The notes beneath the pieces were generated by a model. That model did not search any database, was not told where the DNA came from, and was given only the letters and a program-made list of their open reading frames with translations. A stretch of 64,000 nucleotides of DNA from Planctomycetota bacterium (lineage in GTDB: Bacteria; Planctomycetota; UBA8108; SXIK01), in NCBI GenBank assembly GCA_965223845.1, contig CBDCXR010000004.1:3776001-3840000 (forward strand). Reading direction: 5' to 3'. Numbering within the stretch: the first letter of the stretch is position 1; each line of letters opens with the position of its first letter. Both the position numbers and the translations under genes were made by a program. This document shows, piece after piece, positions 1 to 8,921 of the stretch.

Positions 1-763
1 TCTCTCGACGGAGGACGCCGAGGCACGGCAAGCTGAGATGCGCGTCGGCACCCGTCGCGCCTTCCTCGCCGTACGCGCGTAGCCGCACCGTTCCCGACGG
101 TGCCACGTCCGCGGCATCGAACCAACGGCCCGCGCCGCTCGGCACGACGACCCCGCCGCCGCCCGCATCGGCGAGCCAGAAGCAGCCGTCGAGCACACGC
201 ACGGCGGCGGTGCGAGAGCGCGCGCGCTCCGGGACGTCGTAGCGGATACGGAACCCGCGCTCGCCGCGGATTTCGACGACGAGATCGAGAGCGAGCTCCG
301 GCGCGGTCGGCGTGCCGACGGAAAGCCGGATTCGATGGCTGTCGGCGACGAGACGCGTCACCTGATCGAGCGCGACCCAGCGCCCGCGAGGCGTCTCCTC
401 GTCGTCGACGCGAACGGCGGCGAAGCCCTTGTGAGCCCAAGAGGAGTACCACCGGACAGCGGATTCGCGATCGCGGATGAAGAAACGGCTCGTGCGCCGA
501 TCCAGCAAGAAGCGAGCAGCGGACGCCTCGAGCGCGACGGGTTCGAACGCCCACTTGTCGAGCTGCGCGCGGCGGCGGGCGAGTTCCTCGGGAGCGAGCG
601 GGTCTCCCACCGACGATGACGGCTCCTGCGCGGCGCTTTCGTTCGGCAACGCCGCGAGGGGACCGATCGCGAACATCGCCAACGCGGCGATTCGCACGAG
701 AACGCGGCTGAAGCTCCGGGGGGCGCGAGCGGGTGCTGCCGCCGGACGATGGATTCGGGTCAC
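1..763 (-). CDS. Secreted protein, truncated at the window edge; possibly the N-terminal part of a DUF5696/GH129-like protein
   Basis: Not in the ORF track. My translation from GTG at 763 stays open to position 1: MTRIHRP...VRIAALAMFAIGPLAALPNESAAQE (signal-like)...GGVVVPSGAG...HLSLPCLG. It starts 7 nt after the stop of the upstream gene. The family guess is weak. Confidence 0.6.
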   Translation of the reverse strand, partial: MTRIHRPAAAPARAPRSFSRVLVRIAALAMFAIGPLAALPNESAAQEPSSSVGDPLAPEELARRRAQLDKWAFEPVALEASAARFLLDRRTSRFFIRDRESAVRWYSSWAHKGFAAVRVDDEETPRGRWVALDQVTRLVADSHRIRLSVGTPTAPELALDLVVEIRGERGFRIRYDVPERARSRTAAVRVLDGCFWLADAGGGGVVVPSGAGRWFDAADVAPSGTVRLRAYGEEGATGADAHLSLPCLGVLRRE

Positions 764-770
764 GCTGGTC

Positions 771-1349
771 TCAGTTCACAGGTTCGGCGGCGGCGACACT
801 CGGCGGCTCGACGTTCGCGCGCCGAGCTCGTTCGTCGAGTGGCGAGGCATCGAGTGGGTCGCCGGTTTCTACGGAATCGTCTCCCGGCGCCGAGAACGCG
901 CCGTAGCGGACGAACGCTCGAGCCTGACGGTCCGCCTCGCGCCGGAGCACGCGATCGAGGCGACAGTAGAGCTCGCAGAGCACTTGCGAGAGGCGGCCGA
1001 CGTTCGCGTCCGCATCGTTCGCACTTCGTTCGCGCTCGCGCTCGACCTCCGCGACGATCGCGCCCAGCTCACGGCGAATCCGTTCGTCGAAAAGCCAGTG
1101 CGAGATTCGGTACTCACGGCAGAACGCGTCCATCTGCCGCCACGCCTGCGCGAGAACGGCGGGGTCCCCCGGAGCCCGGCGGAGCTCGCGGTCGAGATCG
1201 CCGAGGCACTCGCGATACTCGGCGCAAGCGCGGAGCCGCCGCTCGACGATATCGCGGTCCCCCCGGCGCCGGTAGACGGAGCTCGAGATCACCATCGCGA
1301 TCGCGGCGCCGACGATCACACCGGCGAGGGCGACGAGGGCAAATTCCAT
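771..1349 (-). CDS. Hypothetical protein with an N-terminal membrane anchor
   Basis: Hydrophobic N-terminus FALVALAGVIVGAAIAMVI followed by a helical soluble region; GGAG upstream of the ATG. Confidence 0.75.
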   Translation of the reverse strand: MEFALVALAGVIVGAAIAMVISSSVYRRRGDRDIVERRLRACAEYRECLGDLDRELRRAPGDPAVLAQAWRQMDAFCREYRISHWLFDERIRRELGAIVAEVERERERSANDADANVGRLSQVLCELYCRLDRVLRREADRQARAFVRYGAFSAPGDDSVETGDPLDASPLDERARRANVEPPSVAAAEPVN

Positions 1350-1623
1350 GAACGACTCCAGAGAAACGAGAACGGGCGGCGGGTCGAGCGAAGCCTCTAC
1401 GACGAACCCGCGCCTCGTCGATCATACCGCCGAGCCGGGATCGCTCACCAGGTTCGGCAGCGGCTCACAGCGCGGCCTACCTGGTTTCGAAATGATGCAC
1501 CGGACAAGGTTATCTGAACATCGCGGCGCCGAAGCATCCGGTAACACGCGGGGACAAAAACGCCGCGACGTCTGATGCCACCGTCACTTACGAAGCACCG
1601 CACGCACGCGAGAGGCAGGGCAT

Positions 1624-1652
1624 TTGACGGCCGCTCGACCGCGGACTATAGG
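1624..1652 (+). promoter_or_regulatory. Putative sigma70 promoter for the 1771 gene
   Basis: TTGACG-N17-TATAGG. Confidence 0.45.
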
Positions 1653-1770
1653 AACGGATTCGAACGAGGATCCGGGCGGTGCGGCACCCGCGCCTCCTTC
1701 CACAGTACGGAAGGGGAGCCGTCCGGACGGGGCGAGCTGAAATCGCACGGAGCGGAGAAGGAGACCTACC

Positions 1771-2640
1771 GTGAAGAAGCTGCCGTCCGGAGGGCGAGCC
1801 GACCGGCTACGCGACGAATCGTTCGGAACTCCCGCTGCGATCGCGACGGACACATTCCTCGGCGTTGTGCGCCGGTCGCCGATGTTTCAGGCCGCGATGG
1901 ATCTACGCCCCGATCGCGTCCAGCGCGAGCTTCAGGGGCTCGCGCGCGGCTGGGACCTCCAGATCGACATCGACACGGCGTCGTTTCTCGATGTTCTCGT
2001 CTCGACGGACTCGGACACGATCTCGGGGGACGGGCACACGCGCTGGAGACTAAAGACGGACGCGAGTGAGTCCGATGCGCACCGCCGCGCCCTCGCGATT
2101 CACGTCGAGGAAGAGGAATCGGAGCGCTCGGTCTCGGTGGCCCCGCCGGATCTCGAAGAGCTCGATTTCGAGACCATTCAACGCATCTGCGTGCGCCATC
2201 CGCTCCGCCAGCTCGTGCCCCAGTTCGCCGCACGGGGAAAGCCCCTCACGGAGGTCATAGCGGATCTCGCGCGCATCGCCGACGCGGACTTCGCGATCCA
2301 GAGCAACGCGGCGAGCGCGATCGAGATCGACGTGTTCCTGCGAAATCGACCCGTCTGCGAGTGCCTCCGCACCGCCGCCGCGGCGGCGAACTGGCACGTC
2401 CTCATCGACGGAGAGCTGAACTGGACGGGAAGAGACGAGACGTTTGGCCTCCAGCAGGTCGCCGACGCGCTGTCGACGACCTGGCACACCCCGTCTTCCG
2501 GTCTCCTCGGAAACGAGCCTAGCGCGGGAACACCGTTCGGCGCACTGCGCGAGATGCTCGAGTGCAGCGCGGCCCGACTGAAGCGCGACACTCACCTCAT
2601 CGTCGTTCGATCCGAGCCGGCGGCCGCAACCAAGGCTTGA
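1771..2640 (+). CDS. Hypothetical protein with an STN/secretin-N0-like segment
   Basis: Strong SD (GAAGGAGA) before the GTG. KPLTEVIADLARIADADFAI...IDVFLRNRPVCECLRTAAAAANW resembles an STN/N0 domain. Confidence 0.65.
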   Translation: MKKLPSGGRADRLRDESFGTPAAIATDTFLGVVRRSPMFQAAMDLRPDRVQRELQGLARGWDLQIDIDTASFLDVLVSTDSDTISGDGHTRWRLKTDASESDAHRRALAIHVEEEESERSVSVAPPDLEELDFETIQRICVRHPLRQLVPQFAARGKPLTEVIADLARIADADFAIQSNAASAIEIDVFLRNRPVCECLRTAAAAANWHVLIDGELNWTGRDETFGLQQVADALSTTWHTPSSGLLGNEPSAGTPFGALREMLECSAARLKRDTHLIVVRSEPAAATKA

Positions 2641-2647
2641 GCGAGCC

Positions 2648-4078
2648 TCAGGGACGCTCGGCTCCTCCGGCGCGGCTAGGAGCGTCTCCGGGCGTCGAAT
2701 CGCCGCTCGGGTCCGCGAGCACGGTATCGAGGATGCGGTCGGGATCGTCCCAGCCCGTCTCGTCTTGAAGGTCGCGACAGGCAGTGAGCACGCGACCGAA
2801 CCACGGTGACGGCTCGAATCCGCGCGCGATGAGATGGCGTCCGAGGACGACATCTCGCGGCGCCTCGTCCGCGACCTCGAGTTCCTCCATCCGCGCGAGG
2901 AACTCGTCTCCCGCGGGAAACTCGCGGCGCAGAGCGTCCGGCGTCGTTCGCCCAAAATGATCGGCGGTCGCGACACGATGCAAGAGATGCGCATCGAGCC
3001 CTGCCGCCGCAAGGCGACGCGCGAGACGACGGTAGCCGCGCCCGGTCGCGCCACTCCGAATAAAGTTCGCCGGCGCGAGGTGGTGTCGAACGAGCCCGCA
3101 GACTTGAGTCGATAGGTCGTGCCCGATGCGCAGTCGACCGAGGAACGACTCAGCGATCGGGACGCCGCGTTCCTCGTGCTCCGGCGAACGGATGCGTCCG
3201 TCCACTTCGATCGTGGTCACGGGCTTACCGAGATCGTGGCAGAGCGCGCCGAACAGTAGTGCGAGCTGTCGCTGTTCCTCGTCTTCTTCACCCCGGAGCT
3301 TCGCCGCCTCGTCGACGACGAGCATCGTGTGCTCCCAGACCGTGCCCTCCGGATGCCAGATCGCATCCTGCGGGACGCCCACCATCGATTCGAGCTCCGG
3401 GAAGAACCGGAGAAGGCCCGTTTCGCGCAGAAACTCGAATCCGAGCGACGGACGCCGAGCCTTGAGGAGGAGTTTCTTCAGCTCCTCGAAGAGCCGCTCG
3501 CCGGGCAGGTCCGAGAGATCGAGGCCGGCGCAGATCTCGCGCAACTCCGCGTCCGGCGCCATTTCGAAGCGCGCGTGAAACTGAGCGACGCGGAGGCCAC
3601 GCAGCGAGTCCTCGGCGAATTTCTCGGCGTCTGCAGCGCGCAAGACTCCGTCCTCGAGATCGCGTCGACCACCACACGAGTCGAGGACTTCCGCCGAAAT
3701 CGGATCGTACGCGAGGCTGTTGATCGTCAGGTCGCGACGTTTCGCGGCCTCAGCGAATTCGAGACCCGGGTCGAGCTCGACCATGAAGCCGCGGTGTCCG
3801 CGCCCCGTTTTCGAATCGCGGCGCGGCAGCGAAAAGTCGACCTCGAGTCCCTTCACCTTGAGGACACCGAACGCGCGCCCGACCGCGATGACTTCCCCGA
3901 ACTCGGCGAGAACTCGCTCGAGCGCGTCGAGCTCGAGGCCGTACACCTCGAAGTCGAAGTCTTTGCTCGCGTTTCCGAGGAGCTGGTCCCGCACCCAGCC
4001 TCCGACGAGGAGTGCACGTCCGCCCTTCTTCGCGATCGTCCGCGCGAGCTCGCGGATGTTCTCGGGAACGTCGAACAT
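2648..4078 (-). CDS. cca: Class II tRNA nucleotidyltransferase (CCA-adding enzyme) with HD domain
   Basis: Motifs VGGWVRD, DFDF, RRDLTIN, EDSLRGLR, HPEG..WEHT and CHDLGK. Start moved to MFDVPENI. Confidence 0.9.
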   Translation of the reverse strand: MFDVPENIRELARTIAKKGGRALLVGGWVRDQLLGNASKDFDFEVYGLELDALERVLAEFGEVIAVGRAFGVLKVKGLEVDFSLPRRDSKTGRGHRGFMVELDPGLEFAEAAKRRDLTINSLAYDPISAEVLDSCGGRRDLEDGVLRAADAEKFAEDSLRGLRVAQFHARFEMAPDAELREICAGLDLSDLPGERLFEELKKLLLKARRPSLGFEFLRETGLLRFFPELESMVGVPQDAIWHPEGTVWEHTMLVVDEAAKLRGEEDEEQRQLALLFGALCHDLGKPVTTIEVDGRIRSPEHEERGVPIAESFLGRLRIGHDLSTQVCGLVRHHLAPANFIRSGATGRGYRRLARRLAAAGLDAHLLHRVATADHFGRTTPDALRREFPAGDEFLARMEELEVADEAPRDVVLGRHLIARGFEPSPWFGRVLTACRDLQDETGWDDPDRILDTVLADPSGDSTPGDAPSRAGGAERP

Positions 4079-4079
4079 G

Positions 4080-4499
4080 TCAGATCCCTTCGACTCGCCG
4101 CTTGATCGCGACGGTGGCGCCGACCCACACCCGGCGCGCGTACGCAGCGAACTGGTCGGCCGCCGCGCCGGTCCCGATCTCCGAATGCCGGACCGAGAGC
4201 CAGACACCGCCGTCGGCCTCCCGCAGCGAAAACTCGACGCGAGATGGACCGTGCTGCTCGCCGCCGATCTCCCACACGCACTCGCGGAGGCGGAGCCCCT
4301 CGGGAGTGACGGAGTCGACGACAGCCGTGACCCGGCTGCCGTCTTCTCGGAGCGCCGTGAACTCGCCGTCGGGCCACGCGCCGATGACCGCCTCGATCGC
4401 GTCGAACCACTCGAGGATCTCGTGCGGGCTACAGAGCGCTGCGTGAACGGCCGACGCCGGCGCGTCGACGAAGATCAGATCTGCGACGAGGTCGTCCAT
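4080..4499 (-). CDS. SRPBCC/AHSA1-like domain protein
   Basis: IFVDAPASAVHAAL..P..ILEWF, SRVEFSL and a C-terminal W-containing helix; it ends 1 nt before the cca start. Confidence 0.7.
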   Translation of the reverse strand: MDDLVADLIFVDAPASAVHAALCSPHEILEWFDAIEAVIGAWPDGEFTALREDGSRVTAVVDSVTPEGLRLRECVWEIGGEQHGPSRVEFSLREADGGVWLSVRHSEIGTGAAADQFAAYARRVWVGATVAIKRRVEGI

Positions 4500-4672
4500 G
4501 AATACCTGGCGCGTAGACGCTCGACATCGAGCTCCATCCCCGAGCGACATTCTGTCACGCACCGCCGCGTTCGTCGTCGCAAACTTTCGCTCTCCTCGCG
4601 CCGACACGGTGGATGCGTCTCGTCCCTCCGCCGACAATGCCCTTACCTTCATTCATTCACGGACGGAAACCG

Positions 4673-5878
4673 ATGACGCAACGACCTCGGGTCTCGCGCG
4701 AGGGAGCTCCCCTCGGCGCGAGTACACGCGCGGTGCACGCCGGCGCCGAGCACAACCGAACGAACGCCGTTTCGAGCCCGATCTGGCAATCGTCGACCTA
4801 CCGACTCGAGTCCGCCGCACGCGGCGCGGAATTCGCGCAGGCGAGCGCGCCGGCCGAGTTCTACACGCGCTGGGGCAGCCCGAACGTCAAGCAGCTCGAG
4901 GCTGCCGTGGCCTCGCTCGAGGGCACACCGGCCGCACTCGCGGTGTCCTCGGGCATGGCGGCGGTCAGTCTCGCGATGCTGACCGAGCTCAAGGCGGGCG
5001 ATCACATCGTGGCGGGGCGCTCGGTCTACTCGGGGAGCGTCGAGCTGGTGAACAGCGTACTTCCCGAATTCGGGATCGATGGCGACCTAGTCGACGCGAC
5101 GAACCTCGACGCGGTGCGGGCGGCGCTCACCGAGTCGACGCGCCTCATCCTCATCGAATCCCCCACCAACCCGAGGCTCGAGCTCTGTGACCTCCGCCGC
5201 GTCGCAGAGCTCGGCCGCGAGCGCGGCGTCACGACGGCGATCGACAACACGTTCGCGACGCCGATCCTCCAGCGCCCCTACGAGCTGGGTTTCGACATCG
5301 TGATTCACTCGGCGACGAAGGGGATCAGCGGCCACTCCGACGCCACGGGAGGCGTCATCTGCTCCGACGACGAACGGATCCAGCGCGCCTGGTACCTCAT
5401 GAAATTGTTCGGAAACTGTCTGAGCCCATTCGAAGCGTGGCTCATTCGGCGTGGACTCAAGACTCTACCTCTCCGCATCGAGCGTCAGAGCACGACCGCG
5501 CTCGCGCTCGCGCGTGCGCTCGAGAGCTCGCCAAAGGTAAAGCGCGTCCACTTTCCCGGGTTGGAATCCCACCCGCAGCACGCGATCGCGTGCGAACAGA
5601 TGGCGGGCTTCGGGGGGATGCTCGCAGTCGAAGTCGACGCCGACGAGGAACGGACGGCGAGGTTCGTCGAGTCTCTCGAGGTCGCTACGCTCGCGGTGAG
5701 CCTCGGGGGACCCGAGACGCTCGTCGAGCACCCCGCATCGATGACGCACGCGACGATGTCAGCGGAGGAACGCGCGGCCGCGGGGGTCGATGCCGGGCTG
5801 CTCCGGATCTCGGTCGGACTCGAAGACCCGGACGATCTCATCCGCGACTTCGAGCTCGCGATCGCGCGAGAGCTGTAG
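4673..5878 (+). CDS. PLP-dependent trans-sulfuration enzyme (cystathionine gamma-synthase/lyase or methionine gamma-lyase family)
   Basis: Motifs FYTRWGSP, SSGMAA, ESPTNP, DNTFATP, HSATKGISGHSD (PLP lysine), SLGGPETL and RISVGLED. Confidence 0.92.
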   Translation: MTQRPRVSREGAPLGASTRAVHAGAEHNRTNAVSSPIWQSSTYRLESAARGAEFAQASAPAEFYTRWGSPNVKQLEAAVASLEGTPAALAVSSGMAAVSLAMLTELKAGDHIVAGRSVYSGSVELVNSVLPEFGIDGDLVDATNLDAVRAALTESTRLILIESPTNPRLELCDLRRVAELGRERGVTTAIDNTFATPILQRPYELGFDIVIHSATKGISGHSDATGGVICSDDERIQRAWYLMKLFGNCLSPFEAWLIRRGLKTLPLRIERQSTTALALARALESSPKVKRVHFPGLESHPQHAIACEQMAGFGGMLAVEVDADEERTARFVESLEVATLAVSLGGPETLVEHPASMTHATMSAEERAAAGVDAGLLRISVGLEDPDDLIRDFELAIAREL

Positions 5879-5903
5879 TCGACGTTCCCCTCGCCGAATC
5901 GAC

Positions 5904-6710
5904 CTACTGGCAGGAAACGGTTCCGACTTGCACGCGCAGCTCGTCGAACCAGCCTTGCGTAGCTTCCGTAGTCGCGACGGGACCGTCGACGAAGACGCGC
6001 GCGACAGCGTCGATGACCGCGAAATCCTCGGGAAGCGAGAGGCCTTCGACCGAGACGAGGAGCGTCCCGTCGACGCGCAGCTCGGTCGAACTCCCGAGAT
6101 CGTCTCGACGGTGGGCGACCGTAAAGCAGTACCAGCTTCCGGCCTCGAACCCACGAAAGCTCTCGGCGTTCCCTTCGAGCGCCGCCACGATCCCGCGGAT
6201 CCGGACGATCTGCTCGGGCGAGAGCTCGTCGGCGTGCTCGTAGATCTCCGCTTCGACGTAGCTGCGCAGGAGCGAGAAATCGAACGAGACCGGCGCGTTC
6301 CACTTTTGGTACCACCGCGCGCCGATCGTGCTCGATTCGGCAAACGGCGCGACGATCGGAGCCGCGAGTGCCACGACGGCGTCGAAGAGGGATCTCGCGG
6401 CGACCGATACCTTGAGCGATCCGCGCCCGGAATACGCGTGCGCGATCGCCTTCGAGTGCGAAAAACCTTCGGGGAGATCGCTCGGAGCGCGCTCGAAGTC
6501 GACGACGATCGCCGAGAGGACTCCGCCGTCGTCGTCCGGCTCGGGAGCGGGTTCCGTCGGTGGCTCGGTCGGGGCGGGGTCCTTGTTCTTGTTTCCTCCG
6601 CGCTCGGCTCGAATCGAGCTGCTCAACACCAGCGCCGCGACGACCGTCCAGATCAAGAGTCGGTCGCCCCGTTCCCCGTGCGCGCATTCCGTCGATCTAC
6701 GATGGGTCAT
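5904..6710 (-). CDS. Secreted hypothetical protein, possible ConA-like beta-sandwich
   Basis: GGAG SD, hydrophobic signal LLIWTVVAALVLSSSIRA, Pro-rich linker, then GSWYCFTV...LRVDG...WFDELRV. Confidence 0.65.
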   Translation of the reverse strand: MTHRRSTECAHGERGDRLLIWTVVAALVLSSSIRAERGGNKNKDPAPTEPPTEPAPEPDDDGGVLSAIVVDFERAPSDLPEGFSHSKAIAHAYSGRGSLKVSVAARSLFDAVVALAAPIVAPFAESSTIGARWYQKWNAPVSFDFSLLRSYVEAEIYEHADELSPEQIVRIRGIVAALEGNAESFRGFEAGSWYCFTVAHRRDDLGSSTELRVDGTLLVSVEGLSLPEDFAVIDAVARVFVDGPVATTEATQGWFDELRVQVGTVSCQ

Positions 6711-7061
6711 GGAATTCTCCTCGACTGAGCCGAGACCCTCACCAGCTTCCACCGCCCCTCCGCTCGCGGCCGCCGCATCTGGTGAGAAATCCGCACCGCG
6801 CCGCAAGTTCTGCCGACGTGGGCAACGCAAGTCACGCACCCGACGTATCCCGATCGACGCAAGTCACCTCGAACGACCGAACTACGTTCGAACGGCGACG
6901 CCGAGCCTCGCCGCCGCGGTCGAGAAGAAAGCGGGTCGGAGAGGAAAAACCCGGTCGATTCCTCGTGTTCGAGCGTCGAGATCGACCACCGAACGGAAGC
7001 CAAACCTCGGCCCGCGTCTCCGCCGGCTCAACCCGCTGGTGCCGCCGAGGGCGCATGCGGA

Positions 7062-8420
7062 TCAATGGCCGGTGCCGAGCACGGCAAAGTGGATCGCGAA
7101 CCAGGCCGCCAGCGCGTACACGATCCAGTGCACTTCGCGCGCCCGTCCGGCAGCGACCTTCATGACCGTGTAGGTGACGAATCCCGCTGCGAGGCCGTTC
7201 GCGATGCTGAATGTGAACGGCATCACCACGATGGTGACGAACGCCGGGAAGGCCTCGGTGATGTCACCCCACGCGATGCGCTCGATACTCCGCGACATGA
7301 GAAGCCCGACCGCGACGAGCGCGGGCGCGGTCAGCGGATGGAACACGGTCCCCCCGATCTCGACCCCAGCGCCGATCGCCTCGACGAGCGGAGAGAACGC
7401 GATCGCAAGGGCGAAGAGGACACCGGTGACGACGCTGGCGAGACCCGTCCGAGCCCCGACGTTCACTCCGGTGGCGCTCTCGATATAGCAAGTCACGGAC
7501 GACGTCCCGAGCAAACCGCCGGCGAGTGAGCCGGTCGCGTCGACGAGGAGGGCCCGTCCGAGCTGAGGAAAGTTTCCGCGGTCGTCGAGCAGCTTCGCTT
7601 CGGCGCCTACGGCATACAGCGTTCCCATCGCGTCGAACAGGGCGAAGAAGAGAAGCGTCAATCCGAGGACGATCGATTCGGGACGCAACGCGCTGGCGAT
7701 GTCGAGCTCCGCTCCGGGCAGCTCCCACGTCGGCGAACGGACCCATGACTCCCCGAACGAGACGAGCCCGGACATCCATCCCGCGGCGACCGTGACCGCG
7801 ACGCCCCAAAAGATCGCGGTTTGAACGCGTCGGGCGATGAGGACGAGCGTGACGGCGATTCCGCCGAGGGCGACGCGCGCGTGCGTCGAGCTCAGATCGC
7901 CGATCGTGACGAGCGTCACGGGATGCTCGACGACGATTCCGCCGTCCTTGAGCCCGATGAACGCGATGAAGAGACCGATCCCAACCGCGGCGGCGAATCG
8001 GAGAGACGTGGGAACGGCCCGCGTGAGCGCCGCGCGCACGCGCCCGATCGTGAGCGCGACAAACACGATGGAGACGAGGACGACGAGTCCGAGTCCGGCC
8101 TCCCAGGGAAGAACGGCGCCGATCGTGAACGCGAAGAACGCGTTCAGCCCCATGCCGGGCGCAAGCGCGACCGGGAGTCCGGCGACGAGCCCCATGAGCA
8201 CCGTCGCAAACGCGCTCGCGAGCGCCGTCGCGAGAAACGCACCACCCGTCGGCACGCCAGCCTCGGAGAGGATGACGGGATTCACGACGAGGATGTACGC
8301 CATCGTGAGAAACGTGGTGAATCCGCCGAGACACTCCCGCCCGATCGTAGAATCGCGCTCGCGGATCCGAAAAAACCGCTCTAGCGGGTTCGATCCGCGA
8401 CCCGACATCGCTTCGGGCAT
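7062..8420 (-). CDS. NCS2/AzgA-family purine nucleobase permease
   Basis: Motifs GFTTFLTMAYILVVNP, LAPGMGLNAFFAF, YIESATGV..GARTG and PFTFSIANG. Confidence 0.93.
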   Translation of the reverse strand: MPEAMSGRGSNPLERFFRIRERDSTIGRECLGGFTTFLTMAYILVVNPVILSEAGVPTGGAFLATALASAFATVLMGLVAGLPVALAPGMGLNAFFAFTIGAVLPWEAGLGLVVLVSIVFVALTIGRVRAALTRAVPTSLRFAAAVGIGLFIAFIGLKDGGIVVEHPVTLVTIGDLSSTHARVALGGIAVTLVLIARRVQTAIFWGVAVTVAAGWMSGLVSFGESWVRSPTWELPGAELDIASALRPESIVLGLTLLFFALFDAMGTLYAVGAEAKLLDDRGNFPQLGRALLVDATGSLAGGLLGTSSVTCYIESATGVNVGARTGLASVVTGVLFALAIAFSPLVEAIGAGVEIGGTVFHPLTAPALVAVGLLMSRSIERIAWGDITEAFPAFVTIVVMPFTFSIANGLAAGFVTYTVMKVAAGRAREVHWIVYALAAWFAIHFAVLGTGH

Positions 8421-8839
8421 CAGATCTCCTTCCAGACCTTCGCGAGGCTCTCACCGTAGACGCCGAGGTCCCACTCGCAAAAGTACCCGAAGGGAGTGTT
8501 CTCGACCTCGTACCCGGTCGAGCGAAGTCGTTCCGCGAGATCGCTCATGAATGAGCTCGCGAACTCGGGCGACGAGTTCGTGCCCCCGAGATGCGTGAAG
8601 GAATGGAGCACGACGCGCTTCAGCTCGCGCTTTCCCGCGATCCACTTGATTTGCTTGAGCGTTTTACGGAAAACGCTGGCGGATCTCTCAGGGTCTTCGT
8701 CGCGCTCCTCGGCGTGAAAAAAGACGACGACGGCGTCCTCGACACGCCGTTCGTCGCCGGGAACGTCATCGACCTCGTCGAGAGTCTTACTGAAGGCGCG
8801 CCAAGTGAACCGCTTCGCCTGAAAGAGGAGGAGCTTCAT
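8420..8839 (-). CDS. Stand-alone archaeal-type threonyl-tRNA synthetase editing domain (DTD-like fold)
   Basis: MKLLLF..., VVFFHAEE.DE, VVLHSFTHL and TPFGYF match the YPYAHL/APFGWY pattern of the tRNA-Thr_ED family. TGATG overlap with the permease. Confidence 0.85.
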   Translation of the reverse strand: MKLLLFQAKRFTWRAFSKTLDEVDDVPGDERRVEDAVVVFFHAEERDEDPERSASVFRKTLKQIKWIAGKRELKRVVLHSFTHLGGTNSSPEFASSFMSDLAERLRSTGYEVENTPFGYFCEWDLGVYGESLAKVWKEI

Positions 8840-8848
8840 CGGCCGCGT

Positions 8849-8877
8849 ATCATAGCGGCGGAGTCAGCCCTTGGAAA
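8849..8877 (-). promoter_or_regulatory. Putative sigma70 promoter giving a nearly leaderless mRNA
   Basis: Minus strand TTTCCA-N17-TATGAT, 9 nt before the ATG at 8839, with no SD. Confidence 0.45.
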
Positions 8878-8921
8878 CCGGTCGAGACGACGTCGGCATC
8901 GCTCGCGGTGATCTGCGCGAT

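Noticed and set aside
100-1517. Plus-strand ORFs 100-480, 335-619, 477-1517 and 749-1351
   Set aside because: They are Arg-rich or antisense shadows of the two minus-strand genes, as expected in high-GC DNA.
4500-4672. Possible SAM riboswitch ahead of the trans-sulfuration gene
   Set aside because: No SAM-I core (AUC...GAGGGA...GCAAC...GUGC...GAU) or other SAM motif is visible.
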